Source of the DNA: Patescibacteria group bacterium
GTDB lineage: Bacteria; Patescibacteriota; Microgenomatia; UBA1400; PJMF01
NCBI GenBank assembly: GCA_016861205.1
Contig: BOKX01000001.1
Coordinates: forward strand, 988,758 to 1,052,757
DNA length: 64,000 nt
Direction of reading: 5' to 3'
Both the position numbers and the translations under genes were made by a program. The notes under the pieces are model-generated. The model saw only the letters and a program-made list of their open reading frames with translations. It did not search any database and had not been told where the DNA came from. Below are positions 25,258-35,346 of the stretch, piece by piece. Every line of letters starts with the position of its first letter. Within the stretch, counting starts at the first letter, position 1.

Positions 25258-26256
25258 ATGATCGATGTTGAGCAGACGTACGTCAAAAATCCACTCAAGT
25301 ATGGGTATGAACTGCCCCCGGCATTATTTACTGATGTAATTGGTGGCACATTAGTTCGAGCTATCGGCAAAAATTGGGTGGTGGCGGTTACCAGCATCGA
25401 CCAAGACAAACTAACACCATGGGAGCGGCTGAGTGAGTTATTGGTCGATCCGAGCCAATTACTACTCTACAAAGTGACTAAATTACCGGTCAACATTGAC
25501 GCCAATCTAGTGATTGGTGAAGGAATGTCTGACCAGCGGCGAGCCATCCTACGGGCTCAGTCAAAATCAAATCATCAACATGTCGTGCTGATTGATCCAG
25601 ATGCGAATTATGATAACTATGATTTGATTTCGTTATTTAGCATTTTTAAACGAAGATTTGATACTGCTAGGGCGACCGCCATTATTGGTTTGGGTAAGGG
25701 CAAAACTACCACTGCTTTGGGCATGGCTCTGGAAGCTGTTTTACAAGGTAAGTCAGTCAAAATTGTCCAGTGGTTCAAGGAGCGGAACACCGGTGACCTG
25801 ACGTGGGCGATCAACGAGCATTTTTTCCCAGCCAAACTTAAAAAGCCAGAACTGATGGAGTTTTATCCTATGGGTTTAGGTTTTTTTGGTTCACCCAACA
25901 TGGACCGAGTTAAGGGTGAACAAGCCTATGCTCAACACCGTGCTAAGGCGTATGAAGGTCTCGAGCTTGCCAAAAAGTTGGTGTTTGAAACCAAGCCGGC
26001 CGTGATTGTGTTGGATGAACTACTGGACACGGTTGCTGAGATTGCCCGCAACATTGAGTACCCATTGATTGAGCTCGATAGCTTGAAGATTTTTTTGGCC
26101 GAGATTACTTCCCAAAACCACACCGAGGTGGTGGTGACCGGTCGTCGGACAATTCCCGAAATTGTGAAGTGGTTTAAACAATCGATCACCATTGATCAAG
26201 TCAAACACCCATGGGATGATGCTCACCAGGGTGCAGTATCAGGGCTTGATTACTAG
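25258..26256 (+). CDS. Cob(I)alamin adenosyltransferase (CobA/BtuR) family protein with N-terminal extra domain
   Basis: GLGKGKTTTALG, IVQWFK, IVLDEL, VVVTGR, KHPW...GLDY. Confidence 0.85.
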   Translation: MIDVEQTYVKNPLKYGYELPPALFTDVIGGTLVRAIGKNWVVAVTSIDQDKLTPWERLSELLVDPSQLLLYKVTKLPVNIDANLVIGEGMSDQRRAILRAQSKSNHQHVVLIDPDANYDNYDLISLFSIFKRRFDTARATAIIGLGKGKTTTALGMALEAVLQGKSVKIVQWFKERNTGDLTWAINEHFFPAKLKKPELMEFYPMGLGFFGSPNMDRVKGEQAYAQHRAKAYEGLELAKKLVFETKPAVIVLDELLDTVAEIARNIEYPLIELDSLKIFLAEITSQNHTEVVVTGRRTIPEIVKWFKQSITIDQVKHPWDDAHQGAVSGLDY

Positions 26257-26280
26257 GCTGTGAGTGTGTTTACCTACAGT

Positions 26281-27936
26281 ATGCGTCAGCATATCGACCG
26301 TTTGATTCCGGCTAAGTGGCAACAAGCCTGGGTGATTGCCCTCATTGTTTTCGTAGTGTACTTGCCATCGTTCTGGAACACTTTCGTGTGGGATGACGAG
26401 CAGTTTATTCAAAGGAATTTGTTTACCACCTCAGTTCGCTATATTCCTCAAATTTTTACCACGAACACCATTGCCGGGGCTGGCGAGTTTAGCAATTACT
26501 ATCGACCGTTCACCACACTCAGTTTCTTAGTTGATAGGTTGATTTGGGGGTTGCGACCATTTGGCTTTCACTTGACGAACACCGCTTTGCACGCTGGGGC
26601 TGCGGTACTCCTTTTTTTCTACTTGTCACGACTTGGTGTTAGGCGGTCGGCAGCTTGGTGGTTGGCGTTGGCTTTTGGTCTCAATCCTTTGCAAACTGAG
26701 GCGGTGGTGTACATGAACTCTCGAGGTGATTCATGGTATGTGCTGTGGCTTATGGCGGCGTTGTTGCTGGCGTTGCGGTGGCTAACAACAGTTGATTGGC
26801 GGTGGTACGTGGCTAGTTTATGTTGTTTTGTGGTTGCCATTTTGAGTAAAGAAATTGCAGTTGCGGGGGCTGGTTTGCTAGGGCTGACCTATCTGCATAT
26901 TTGGTTGAGAGGAGGAGACGGTAGTAAAGTATGGTCAAACAAATGGTGGATCAAAACACGGTGGGGTTGGGCATTGATTTTGGGTTGGGGCAGCGTGGTT
27001 ATCGGATATGTGGGTTTGCGGTTAACTGTTCTTAGCTTTGGGAATTTTCTCAATTTCTATCAGGGGACCAATCTATATACAGATAGTTTGGTGGTGAGAT
27101 TGGTCATGTTTTCGCGGGCGTTGTTTGAGTACTGGCGGTTGTTGATTTTACCGTACCCGCTGCACATGGAGCGTGGCATACCGTTGATAACCGAGTGGTG
27201 GAGTTGGCCCGTGTGGGGAGCGATTTTAGTGGTGGCGAGTGTATTAGGGCTTGGTTGGTGGGAGTGGCGCCAAACCCGACAATCTTGGATTTGGTTTGGC
27301 TTGGCCTGGTTTTTTGTCATGCTTGGACCAGTGTCTGGGGTAGTCCCGATTAATGGCTTGTTGTATGAACACTGGCTCTACTTGCCAATGGTAGGCTGGT
27401 GGATCATGGTCGGTCGAGTCATGCAACTGAGTTTGCAACGACTGCAACGGCAGTGGCTGGACCGAGCAATGAGTTGGCTGGTGGTAATGGTGTTTGTGAT
27501 CTGGACAGGATTGACGATCAGACAAAACTGGATCTGGCGATCTCCATTGAGTTTATACCCGTATACTCTCCAGTTTGCCCAAACCGCTCGCCTCCACAAT
27601 AATCTGGCGATGGCCTATGCAGACGCTGGTGAGGTGGGTCAGGCGATTCATCATTACCAACAAGCGATTGCGCTGGATGATGGTTATCCACAAACCCACT
27701 ACAATCTGGGGCGCACCTATCTAGAACTTAATCAGGTACAACAGGCAGAGGTCGAGTTTAAACGAGCGCTGGAAATTAATCCCCGGTTTGATTTGGCCAA
27801 AGTGGCGTTGCTCGAGTTAGCACTCGAAGCGGAGAACTGGCCGCTCGCCAACCAGTACCTCGATGAGTTGCTTCAACTTTATCCGCGAGAGCCGCAATTA
27901 TTGCAGTTGAAAACTCAGTTGAAAGCCAAGCTATAA
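26281..27936 (+). CDS. TMTC-like GT-C membrane glycosyltransferase with TPR repeats
   Basis: FVWDD, YYRP, FHLTN, TEAV, SKE, EHWLYLP; C-terminal TPRs. Confidence 0.85.
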   Translation: MRQHIDRLIPAKWQQAWVIALIVFVVYLPSFWNTFVWDDEQFIQRNLFTTSVRYIPQIFTTNTIAGAGEFSNYYRPFTTLSFLVDRLIWGLRPFGFHLTNTALHAGAAVLLFFYLSRLGVRRSAAWWLALAFGLNPLQTEAVVYMNSRGDSWYVLWLMAALLLALRWLTTVDWRWYVASLCCFVVAILSKEIAVAGAGLLGLTYLHIWLRGGDGSKVWSNKWWIKTRWGWALILGWGSVVIGYVGLRLTVLSFGNFLNFYQGTNLYTDSLVVRLVMFSRALFEYWRLLILPYPLHMERGIPLITEWWSWPVWGAILVVASVLGLGWWEWRQTRQSWIWFGLAWFFVMLGPVSGVVPINGLLYEHWLYLPMVGWWIMVGRVMQLSLQRLQRQWLDRAMSWLVVMVFVIWTGLTIRQNWIWRSPLSLYPYTLQFAQTARLHNNLAMAYADAGEVGQAIHHYQQAIALDDGYPQTHYNLGRTYLELNQVQQAEVEFKRALEINPRFDLAKVALLELALEAENWPLANQYLDELLQLYPREPQLLQLKTQLKAKL

Positions 27937-27942
27937 TGCGAG

Positions 27943-29019
27943 ATGCAGAAAACTTGGCAACGTTTGAGTCAACAACCTCAGCTACAAGCACCATTTCGTG
28001 TTCGTGAAGTGGTGATTGATACGATTCGAGGCTTTTTTAAAACCCAAGACTTTTTGGAAGTTGAGACCCCACTGTTGGTCCAACGGCCCAGCACCGAGAC
28101 TTTTTTGGATTTTTTTGGATCTGAGTTGCGGATGGCCGAAGGCCAGCGTCGACCGGGTTTTTTGACTACTAGTCCTGAGTACGCCATGAAGAAAATTTTA
28201 GTGGCGGGTTTTCCCAGAGTGTTTCAAGTCTGCAAAAGTTTCCGTAACGGGGAAGGCAGGAGCCCAAAGCACAATCCCGAGTTTACTATTTTGGAGTGGT
28301 ATCGCACCCAAGCCGATTACACCGATATCATGAGGGACTGCGAAGAGCTGATGCTCGAGTTGGTAGCAGCGGTTAACGAGTGGCGTGGTGAGGCAGTTAT
28401 GCCCGATGTGGAGCCTACTTTGCAGTATCAAGGGCGAACCTATCACCTGAATGCACCCTGGCCGCGACTGAGTGTGGCTGAGGCGTTTGAACAGTTTGCG
28501 GGGATTGAAGTTGAGGAACTCTTGGACGAGGTGGCGCTGCCCAAGCGAGCAGCGACGAAGGGATACCAAGTGACTGATGCCACTTCTTGGGAACAAGCCT
28601 ATCATCAAATATTTTTGAATGAGGTCGAGCCAGCGTTAACGCAGTTTGATCGACCGGTGTTCTTGTACGACTATCCAACCAGCCAAGCCGCGCTGTCGCG
28701 CCGGAAAGCTGATGATCCGCGGTTTGCAGAACGGTTTGAGTTGTATCTGGGTGGCATTGAGTTGGGAAACGCATTTTCTGAATTGATTGATGCTGATGAA
28801 CAGGAAGCACGGCTTAAAGCTGACCTGGAACTTCGCCGAAAGGAACAGCGTCCGCCGTTCGAACTCGATACCGACTTTATTGAAGCCTTGCGACTGGGGA
28901 TGCCGCCGACAGGTGGTATAGCAGTAGGGGTGGATCGGTTGGTAATGCTGCTGGCCGATGTGCCAAGCATTAAAGACACATTGTTCTTCCCAGTGGAAGA
29001 TGTGTTTGATCTCGAGTAA
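27943..29019 (+). CDS. epmA: EF-P lysine aminoacylase EpmA/GenX
   Basis: LysRS catalytic core without anticodon domain: TSPEYAMKK, HNPEFTILEWYR, AERFELY..GIELGNAFSEL, GIAVGVDRL; adjacent to efp. Confidence 0.93.
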   Translation: MQKTWQRLSQQPQLQAPFRVREVVIDTIRGFFKTQDFLEVETPLLVQRPSTETFLDFFGSELRMAEGQRRPGFLTTSPEYAMKKILVAGFPRVFQVCKSFRNGEGRSPKHNPEFTILEWYRTQADYTDIMRDCEELMLELVAAVNEWRGEAVMPDVEPTLQYQGRTYHLNAPWPRLSVAEAFEQFAGIEVEELLDEVALPKRAATKGYQVTDATSWEQAYHQIFLNEVEPALTQFDRPVFLYDYPTSQAALSRRKADDPRFAERFELYLGGIELGNAFSELIDADEQEARLKADLELRRKEQRPPFELDTDFIEALRLGMPPTGGIAVGVDRLVMLLADVPSIKDTLFFPVEDVFDLE

Positions 29020-29039
29020 AAGTGGTATAATACACCCCT

Positions 29040-29609
29040 ATGGCAACAATCAAAGGCGGAAACATCACCAAAGGTAACTACATTTTGTTCAAGGGTGCCC
29101 CTTGGCTTGTCACGAAAACCGAGTTCGTTAGTCCGGGCAAAGGCTCTGCTTTCACTCGAGCGAAACTCAAAAACGCTCGAACTGGTGCTTCCCAAGAGTT
29201 CACGTTCAAATCGACCGAAACAATTGAAGAGCTGGATGTTTCCAGCCGTGAAATGCAGTTCTTATATCTGGATGGCAGTGACGCAGTGTTCATGGATCCA
29301 CGTAGTTATGAACAAGTCTCAGTGCCAGTTGATCTGCTCGATGGCCGTGAAGGTTTCTTGACTCCAGACATCACCGTGTACATTTTGTTTTACAACGAAG
29401 CCGCCATTGGGGTGCGTTTGCCAGCTAGTGTCAAACTCAAAGTCACGTATGCTGAAGATGCCACCGCTGGTAACCGCGTCAATGCTCCCAAGAAGCCAGT
29501 CACGGTTGAAACCGGCTTGATTGTTCAAGCGCCACTGTTCATTAAAGTAGGTGACGTCATCAGTATCGAAACTGATGGTGGCCAATACCAGTCGCGCGTT
29601 AACGAGTAA
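29040..29609 (+). CDS. efp: Elongation factor P
   Basis: PGKG loop, QFLYLDG, VETGLIVQAPLFI, YQSR. Confidence 0.97.
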   Translation: MATIKGGNITKGNYILFKGAPWLVTKTEFVSPGKGSAFTRAKLKNARTGASQEFTFKSTETIEELDVSSREMQFLYLDGSDAVFMDPRSYEQVSVPVDLLDGREGFLTPDITVYILFYNEAAIGVRLPASVKLKVTYAEDATAGNRVNAPKKPVTVETGLIVQAPLFIKVGDVISIETDGGQYQSRVNE

Positions 29610-29623
29610 AAAGCTAGCCTCCT

Positions 29624-30808
29624 ATGTTTCTCCAGACACCAGAAGCCAAACGGCGAGCGGCCGGCCTAACTGCCATCGCTGGTACTTTAGATCTAGCAGT
29701 TACAGCCGGAACTGAACTGCCAACTTGGTCTGATGAGGATCCCACGGCCATAGTTGTTACTGAAGATCAAAAAACCATATTGGCTTCAAGCACTAGCCCA
29801 ACTGAGTTACAACAAGTTTTGGTTTCTCCTGGTGGGGGAGAGTATCCTGGTTTACATGATGTGTCGTTGAGACCGAATGAGTATCTCCGCAAAACCACTG
29901 GGACTGGTTGGGCAATCCTGAGCTATCATCCGGCTGATGCACCCGTAACTTGGAAATTGCGTCATTTATTGACCGGTCAAGAAATGCAAGTTGCAGAAGT
30001 GTGGCCAACCTTTGATCTTGAAGGCAATGCATATATAAATCTGGGGACTGACCAAGCTGGTCTGCCAGTGCTGTTTGTTCAAGTTCACAATGAGGGCTAT
30101 TCAAGAGTAGGTTACCTTGATGGGCGAGTGCAGGTTGTTGATGGTTACATCACCTCGGTTGAGCACGGCCAAGCTGTGACTGTTTTTAACAAAGACACTA
30201 CCGCGATCGCAGTGGTTAATTTGGAAACTACTGAAACGTTTCGTCTGCCAACAGACATGATTACGTCAATTGCCGCTAACTCCGAGTGGGTCGCCTGGAG
30301 TATGGTTGATCAAGACGGGACAGCTATCACTAGTTATGACCGAACGAACGAGGTATATCGGGAAATGCACTTTCCAAATGAGTACCTGGTGGCCGGATTC
30401 GCATTGGAAGGTGACACATTGTTGATAAGCTCAACTGAGCTTGATATTCACAATCAAACCTCGACCAAAACCTATGCTTTGGATCTTAAAACGCAATCAA
30501 TGGAGCTGATAAGTAGACTCGACTTTTTAGCCAATCAAGTCAGCTTTCTTCCTGATGGGAAAACTGCGGTTTTCAACCCACTGGAATGGAATGATGGCGT
30601 GACATCCGTTCTCAATGTAGCGACTGGCCAAGTTACCAGTTTAGATCGAACCTATCTGGGCAGTTTTGACTTGGTTGACTTGCCGAATCGAGCTGAAAAT
30701 GAAACTGTGGAGCCACTGCTCATCGCAATCTTACTCTATATTATTGCTTGGCAACTTCTGGTATCTGCCAAACGCCAAGCCACTCAGCACCAAAACAGCC
30801 GAGGTTAA
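29624..30808 (+). CDS. Beta-propeller-like surface protein with C-terminal TM
   Basis: Repeated beta-strand pattern, LPDGKT, C-terminal hydrophobic segment. Confidence 0.55.
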   Translation: MFLQTPEAKRRAAGLTAIAGTLDLAVTAGTELPTWSDEDPTAIVVTEDQKTILASSTSPTELQQVLVSPGGGEYPGLHDVSLRPNEYLRKTTGTGWAILSYHPADAPVTWKLRHLLTGQEMQVAEVWPTFDLEGNAYINLGTDQAGLPVLFVQVHNEGYSRVGYLDGRVQVVDGYITSVEHGQAVTVFNKDTTAIAVVNLETTETFRLPTDMITSIAANSEWVAWSMVDQDGTAITSYDRTNEVYREMHFPNEYLVAGFALEGDTLLISSTELDIHNQTSTKTYALDLKTQSMELISRLDFLANQVSFLPDGKTAVFNPLEWNDGVTSVLNVATGQVTSLDRTYLGSFDLVDLPNRAENETVEPLLIAILLYIIAWQLLVSAKRQATQHQNSRG

Positions 30809-30825
30809 GAGTTCACAAAGGCTAA

Positions 30826-31593
30826 CTACAGTGTCTCGTAACTGAGTGTCACCGAGTACGTAAAGCTCGTTGAGCCAGGCTCGACATTGGTGGGAGCGCC
30901 ACCACCGGCACCGGCTTTGGCATCCATCATCACTTCTGGTCGAGGATAGTAATCAGAACCGACATTAATCTCCATCACGTTGACGATTTTGCCTAAGCGC
31001 ATGCCAGCCAGTCTTGATAACTCATTGGCTTTGTCTTTGGCGTTATCGATGGCTTCTTTGCGGGCTTGCTCTTCAGTTTCGGCTTTTTTAGTATCGGAGA
31101 GTGAGAAAGTAATCCCGCCAATCTGGTTGGCGCCCGCTCCGGTGGCTGCGTCGATAGCCTGGTTTAGCTTGGCGAAATCGGTCAGGGTGGCCACTAAGTT
31201 GGCGTTGACTGAGTAACCGATGATGCGTTGGCCGCTACCTGATTGGTAGTCATAGTTGGGGTAGAGGGAGTAGTTTTCAGTTTTGAGGTCTTTTTTCTCA
31301 ACACCCAGTTTAGCGAGCTCACCATTTATGTTGTTAATGATGGTGTTGGCTTTGTCCTGAGCGGCCTTGACGGTGGGTTCGTTGACAGTGATGCCGAGTC
31401 GAACTTCAGCCTGGTCGGGGATGGTGGTGATTTTGGACTCACCTGTTACGTCAAAAGTGGCTTGTTTATTGGTTGAAACTTGGTTAATGGCCAAGGAAGG
31501 GCCGCCAAAAAAGCGAGTGACTGCCACCGCACTGCCGACTGCCAACGTCGAGATCAGAATTGTTTGCAGGGCGGGGAGGAGGAGTTTTTGCAT
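30826..31593 (-). CDS. SIMPL (DUF541) domain protein
   Basis: VTGESKITTIPDQAEV, AGANQIGGITF, ARKEAIDNAKDKA..L. Confidence 0.92.
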   Translation of the reverse strand: MQKLLLPALQTILISTLAVGSAVAVTRFFGGPSLAINQVSTNKQATFDVTGESKITTIPDQAEVRLGITVNEPTVKAAQDKANTIINNINGELAKLGVEKKDLKTENYSLYPNYDYQSGSGQRIIGYSVNANLVATLTDFAKLNQAIDAATGAGANQIGGITFSLSDTKKAETEEQARKEAIDNAKDKANELSRLAGMRLGKIVNVMEINVGSDYYPRPEVMMDAKAGAGGGAPTNVEPGSTSFTYSVTLSYETL

Positions 31594-31655
31594 AGATGCA
31601 TTGTGTCATAATTTACCTCGAGTGGCAAGCTTGTACCATTTTGATATAATTAGGT

Positions 31656-32024
31656 ATGACAGAAACCTTACCAGCCTCAAGTGAAGTCTTGGCGCTGTTG
31701 CAGATTTTAGACGTTTTCCCTCAAAAAACAGTGGTGCTCGAGAGTGCGTTGCGGCATTTCTTGTCCGTTCCTGACTCATTTCTCGAGGAGACTCACAAGG
31801 GTAGTTCCTCAGATGAAGTCAAGAAACGTGTGCGCCAAGTTCTTGAAGGGTACAATCGCGATTTACCAGGCAAAGCTTGGAAAGAGTTCGTTGACGCCTA
31901 CTTTGAGGCCATGTTGGCCGATGACATTAACTTCCGGGTGGCCCGGACCATTTTGGCCGGCAAAATGAAAACTGTAGGTGTTTTTCCCAGTTACTGGGAG
32001 GCCTACGAGACCTACGTAGGTTAA
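31656..32024 (+). CDS. Hypothetical protein
   Basis: TATAAT 5 nt before ATG; 122 aa. Confidence 0.6.
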   Translation: MTETLPASSEVLALLQILDVFPQKTVVLESALRHFLSVPDSFLEETHKGSSSDEVKKRVRQVLEGYNRDLPGKAWKEFVDAYFEAMLADDINFRVARTILAGKMKTVGVFPSYWEAYETYVG

Positions 32025-32641
32025 GTTTCCAATTTGAGTTTTGTTTCCTGTACAGTACTCGCTGGCCCGTGGCCCGCAAAGAACTGCGTGTGATGTGGCA
32101 GTGACAGCAAGTCATGCACAGAGTTACTCAGTTGCAACGCGTTTCCATAACGATGATTACTGCTGCCCACGCTCTCACTGAATAGGGTATCTCCAGTAAA
32201 CAAAATTGATTCATTTTTACTATATAGTGCGATGCTTCCGGGAGTATGTCCTGGCACATTTTTAACTTCAAGAAGGTTGTCTCCCAGCCAAAGGTAGCGA
32301 TTATTTGGGTAAGCTTGGGTGTGGTTGGGGACGGGATCAACAGGATGTTTGAGCCAATGTTCGGCTCGGTTTTGGGCCGTGTTAATCAGAAACTGATCGG
32401 CAGGGTCCAGATATATGGGTACCGGAAAGTTGAGACTCACCTCCAGTAGCCCCAACACATGGTCGAAGTGGCCATGGGTGAGGGCAATGCCGACAGGGTG
32501 CAAACCCAGCTCCAGAAGTCGAGTAGTGATGCTGTCGCCGCTGTCGGCTGGATCGATGATCAGAGCGTCACGGGTTTTAGTGTCGAAGACAAGGTAGCAG
32601 TTCGTTTGTAACTCGCCCAAGACTAAAGTTTCAATTTCCAT
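32021..32641 (-). CDS. MBL-fold metallo-hydrolase (glyoxalase II-like)
   Basis: TNCY, THGHFDH, PGHTPGS, TGDTLF, GHG. Confidence 0.92.
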   Translation of the reverse strand: MEIETLVLGELQTNCYLVFDTKTRDALIIDPADSGDSITTRLLELGLHPVGIALTHGHFDHVLGLLEVSLNFPVPIYLDPADQFLINTAQNRAEHWLKHPVDPVPNHTQAYPNNRYLWLGDNLLEVKNVPGHTPGSIALYSKNESILFTGDTLFSESVGSSNHRYGNALQLSNSVHDLLSLPHHTQFFAGHGPASTVQETKLKLET

Positions 32642-32705
32642 GCGGTGATTGTGCCACTGCCAAGTGGGTGGGTACAATAGGACCATTGAAAATCCGAAGG
32701 TGAGA

Positions 32706-33365
32706 ATGATTGTTTACTTTGATGTCGATTACACTCTGTTTAACAATGGTAGGTTCCGTGAACTCATGGATCCAGCCTTGGCTCGAGTGGCTGGAGTTGA
32801 GGTGTCCCAACTGCAGGCAGCCAGCCTGGCATACTCTCAATCACTCGACTCATTTACCGATTTTGAACCAGATGCATATGTAACCTCGTTGGCAACGGCA
32901 TTTCATTTGGATTCGGATCACCAAGCTCAACTGAAAAGCACCTTTTGGTCGGCAGAAATTTTCGCAGCCTCGTTGTTTGATGATGTCAAACCAGCTTTAA
33001 CCCGACTCAACGAGCGGGGTGTGCGGCTCGGTATTTTCTCGGAAGCCATTGAATCTTGGCAGCAAAAAAAGCTTGAATTGTTGGGTATAAAATCATTTTT
33101 TGAGCAAAATTTAATGCTTATCGAAAGACGCAAGGAAACACCCGAAGCAGTCACGAAGCTAGAGTCCGGTAGTTGGATTGTTGATGACAAGCCAAGCGTG
33201 GTCACTTTGCTCGCTGAGCAACCGGCTTTGCATCCCGTTTGGTTACATCGTTCAACAGCTAAACACCAGCCCACTTCAGCTGAACAGGGAGTCATTTCCA
33301 CCAAAGCGGCCCGAGTCACATCGCTGACGGAGTTTGCTGATCTGGTACTCCAAGCGGTCAGTTAA
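32706..33365 (+). CDS. HAD family hydrolase
   Basis: FDVDYTL motif I, IVDDK motif IV. Confidence 0.85.
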   Translation: MIVYFDVDYTLFNNGRFRELMDPALARVAGVEVSQLQAASLAYSQSLDSFTDFEPDAYVTSLATAFHLDSDHQAQLKSTFWSAEIFAASLFDDVKPALTRLNERGVRLGIFSEAIESWQQKKLELLGIKSFFEQNLMLIERRKETPEAVTKLESGSWIVDDKPSVVTLLAEQPALHPVWLHRSTAKHQPTSAEQGVISTKAARVTSLTEFADLVLQAVS

Positions 33366-33985
33366 GGCAAAAGTAGACCACTGAGCAGACTCACCACCGG
33401 TCCAACCAGGTAACTAACTGGGGCTGATCCACCAGCCCAAGGAAAGATCAGTAGTAACAAGACCAGCATGCCAAACTGGCGCATGGTCTCTTCGTACTCG
33501 ATCGCTAATTGAGGCGGCAAGACGGCCAGGATAATTTTGCTGCCATCGAGTGGATAAACTGGAATCAGGTTAAAAACGGCCAGCACCAAGTTAATGATCA
33601 GTAGTTGTGCCAAGCCGATCTGCAGCCACAGCCAAGGAGCCAGTCCTAGGTGCATAACAATGGAGAGAACCAGAGCGATGGTGATGTTAGTCAAAGGGCC
33701 AGCCACCGCGATAATGGCTGTATCCTTGAGCGGATGTCGTAAATTATATGGGTCAAACTGAACTGGTTTGCCCCAACCGAATCGGGTCAATAGCAAAGCC
33801 AGTGTCCCGAGTGGATCGAGGTGGGCCAGCGGGTTAAGTGTGACTCGGCCTTGGACACGGGGAGTGGGATCTCCCAACCGGTCAGCCGTCCAAGCATGGG
33901 CGAACTCATGCAGGGCTAGCGAGATGAGCAGGCCTGGAAACAGAAACAAAAAAGCCAAGGGGTCGCTGAAGAAGAGACTGATCAT
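33362..33985 (-). CDS. Site-2 protease (M50) family protein
   Basis: HEFAH, AGPLTN, FNLIPVYPLDG. Confidence 0.95.
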   Translation of the reverse strand: MISLFFSDPLAFLFLFPGLLISLALHEFAHAWTADRLGDPTPRVQGRVTLNPLAHLDPLGTLALLLTRFGWGKPVQFDPYNLRHPLKDTAIIAVAGPLTNITIALVLSIVMHLGLAPWLWLQIGLAQLLIINLVLAVFNLIPVYPLDGSKIILAVLPPQLAIEYEETMRQFGMLVLLLLIFPWAGGSAPVSYLVGPVVSLLSGLLLP

Positions 33986-34108
33986 ACCTGGACAATTTTA
34001 CACTATTGAGGCTGAAGGTAATCTGAAGATCAACCGCGCCCTGGTTTGTATCACCCACTTGAGTATCTGCCTTGCCTATCTGGACCAAAACTGGTATACT
34101 ACCCGTCT

Positions 34109-34321
34109 ATGTCGTCTTTCGCCTTCAAATATCCTCGAGTAGCCAGTGTTGGTAATCGAGTTTCTCACGCCAAAAACCGAACCAAGCACGCTTTCAAGTA
34201 CAACTTGCACACCGTGACTGTGGTCATGGATGGCACCAAACAACGTTTACGTGTGCCAACTAAAGTGCTCCGCAAGTTGAAAAAAGCCGGTGTGACCACT
34301 CACTACCGCGCTGAAAAATAA
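34109..34321 (+). CDS. rpmB: 50S ribosomal protein L28 (Cys-free form)
   Basis: GNRVSHAKNRTKHAFKYNL; start at ATG 34109. Confidence 0.9.
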   Translation: MSSFAFKYPRVASVGNRVSHAKNRTKHAFKYNLHTVTVVMDGTKQRLRVPTKVLRKLKKAGVTTHYRAEK

Positions 34322-34368
34322 TTTCATTTTAGAATTTTCTCAGTCAAACCTTGGCTAGTGTGCCAGGG

Positions 34369-35343
34369 CTAGTTGCGTTGCCAAACTGATTTGAGTTGAG
34401 CCCAGGAACTGGGTTGTTTACCTTCAAGTTGAACGGTATCGAGTACCAACCGGCCGTGATCAAGATGGGTAGCCAGAATCTTGAGTCGCTGGTCACCTTT
34501 GGCAGTGGGAAGCAAGGTCCATAGTCCTGGCCAGGGTGAGAAAGCTCGGGTAGCTCGTTCCAAGACGGTTGGCCAATCAGCAGTCTCTGCGTTTACCTCA
34601 GCCAGCAGGTTTGATGAAGCGGCAATCCCATCAGGAGGCAGCAGCCCAGCCGCGGCGGCCAGAATTGGCCACTCGATGAAGCTGTCAGTTTTGTTGAGTC
34701 GCTTGGCAATGGGAGTTGGTGAAGTGGCAGGCTGGGACGTGCTCACAGGTTGGGCGGCAAACTGCTTAACCAAATCTGGTAGGCGAGTAGCCATTAGCGC
34801 GAAACTTTCCCGATAGTAGTCAATGCTAGTCCAAGTGGGGTCTACAGCAATCGGCAAGGTCGCGATGATCGGTCCCTCATCCAGTCCGGCACTCATGATC
34901 ATCAAGGTGACAGCGCTGGTTGAGTCGCCAAACAGCAGACAAAACTGTGCCGGCGAACTGCCGCGCCAGCGCGGCAGATCCGAAGGGTGAATGTTTAAGG
35001 GCGCAATTTTAGGCAACTTGAGCAACCAGTCCGGGACCAGATACCCAAAATCAACAACCAATAGGATATCAATCGGTTGGTTGGTGTTGAGAGCCATTAC
35101 TTGTGTTTCAACCTCTGCATCGAGTTTAGTCTGGACATGAACAACTGGAATACCTTGGGCTTGCGACCATAGCTCCACCGGGTTGGTAGTCATTATTTGT
35201 TGGCGGCCAATTGGTTGGGGTGGTGGGGTGAGAGTCCAGACGATTTGGAACACTGGATCAGCAGTTAATGATTCGGCCATCAGGCGAGTTCGTTCCGTGC
35301 TGCCAGCAAGGCCGACTGAGATGGTTTTTGATGGGCTGGTCAT
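34369..35343 (-). CDS. fmt: Methionyl-tRNA formyltransferase
   Basis: NIHPSDLPRWRGSSP, LDEGPI, RAFSPWPG; downstream of def. Confidence 0.92.
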   Translation of the reverse strand: MTSPSKTISVGLAGSTERTRLMAESLTADPVFQIVWTLTPPPQPIGRQQIMTTNPVELWSQAQGIPVVHVQTKLDAEVETQVMALNTNQPIDILLVVDFGYLVPDWLLKLPKIAPLNIHPSDLPRWRGSSPAQFCLLFGDSTSAVTLMIMSAGLDEGPIIATLPIAVDPTWTSIDYYRESFALMATRLPDLVKQFAAQPVSTSQPATSPTPIAKRLNKTDSFIEWPILAAAAGLLPPDGIAASSNLLAEVNAETADWPTVLERATRAFSPWPGLWTLLPTAKGDQRLKILATHLDHGRLVLDTVQLEGKQPSSWAQLKSVWQRN

Positions 35344-35346
35344 ACG

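Noticed and set aside
26281-27600. Strong G/T skew suggesting foreign DNA
   Set aside because: Explained by Trp/Val/Leu/Gly-rich transmembrane coding; the same pattern is seen in mreD.
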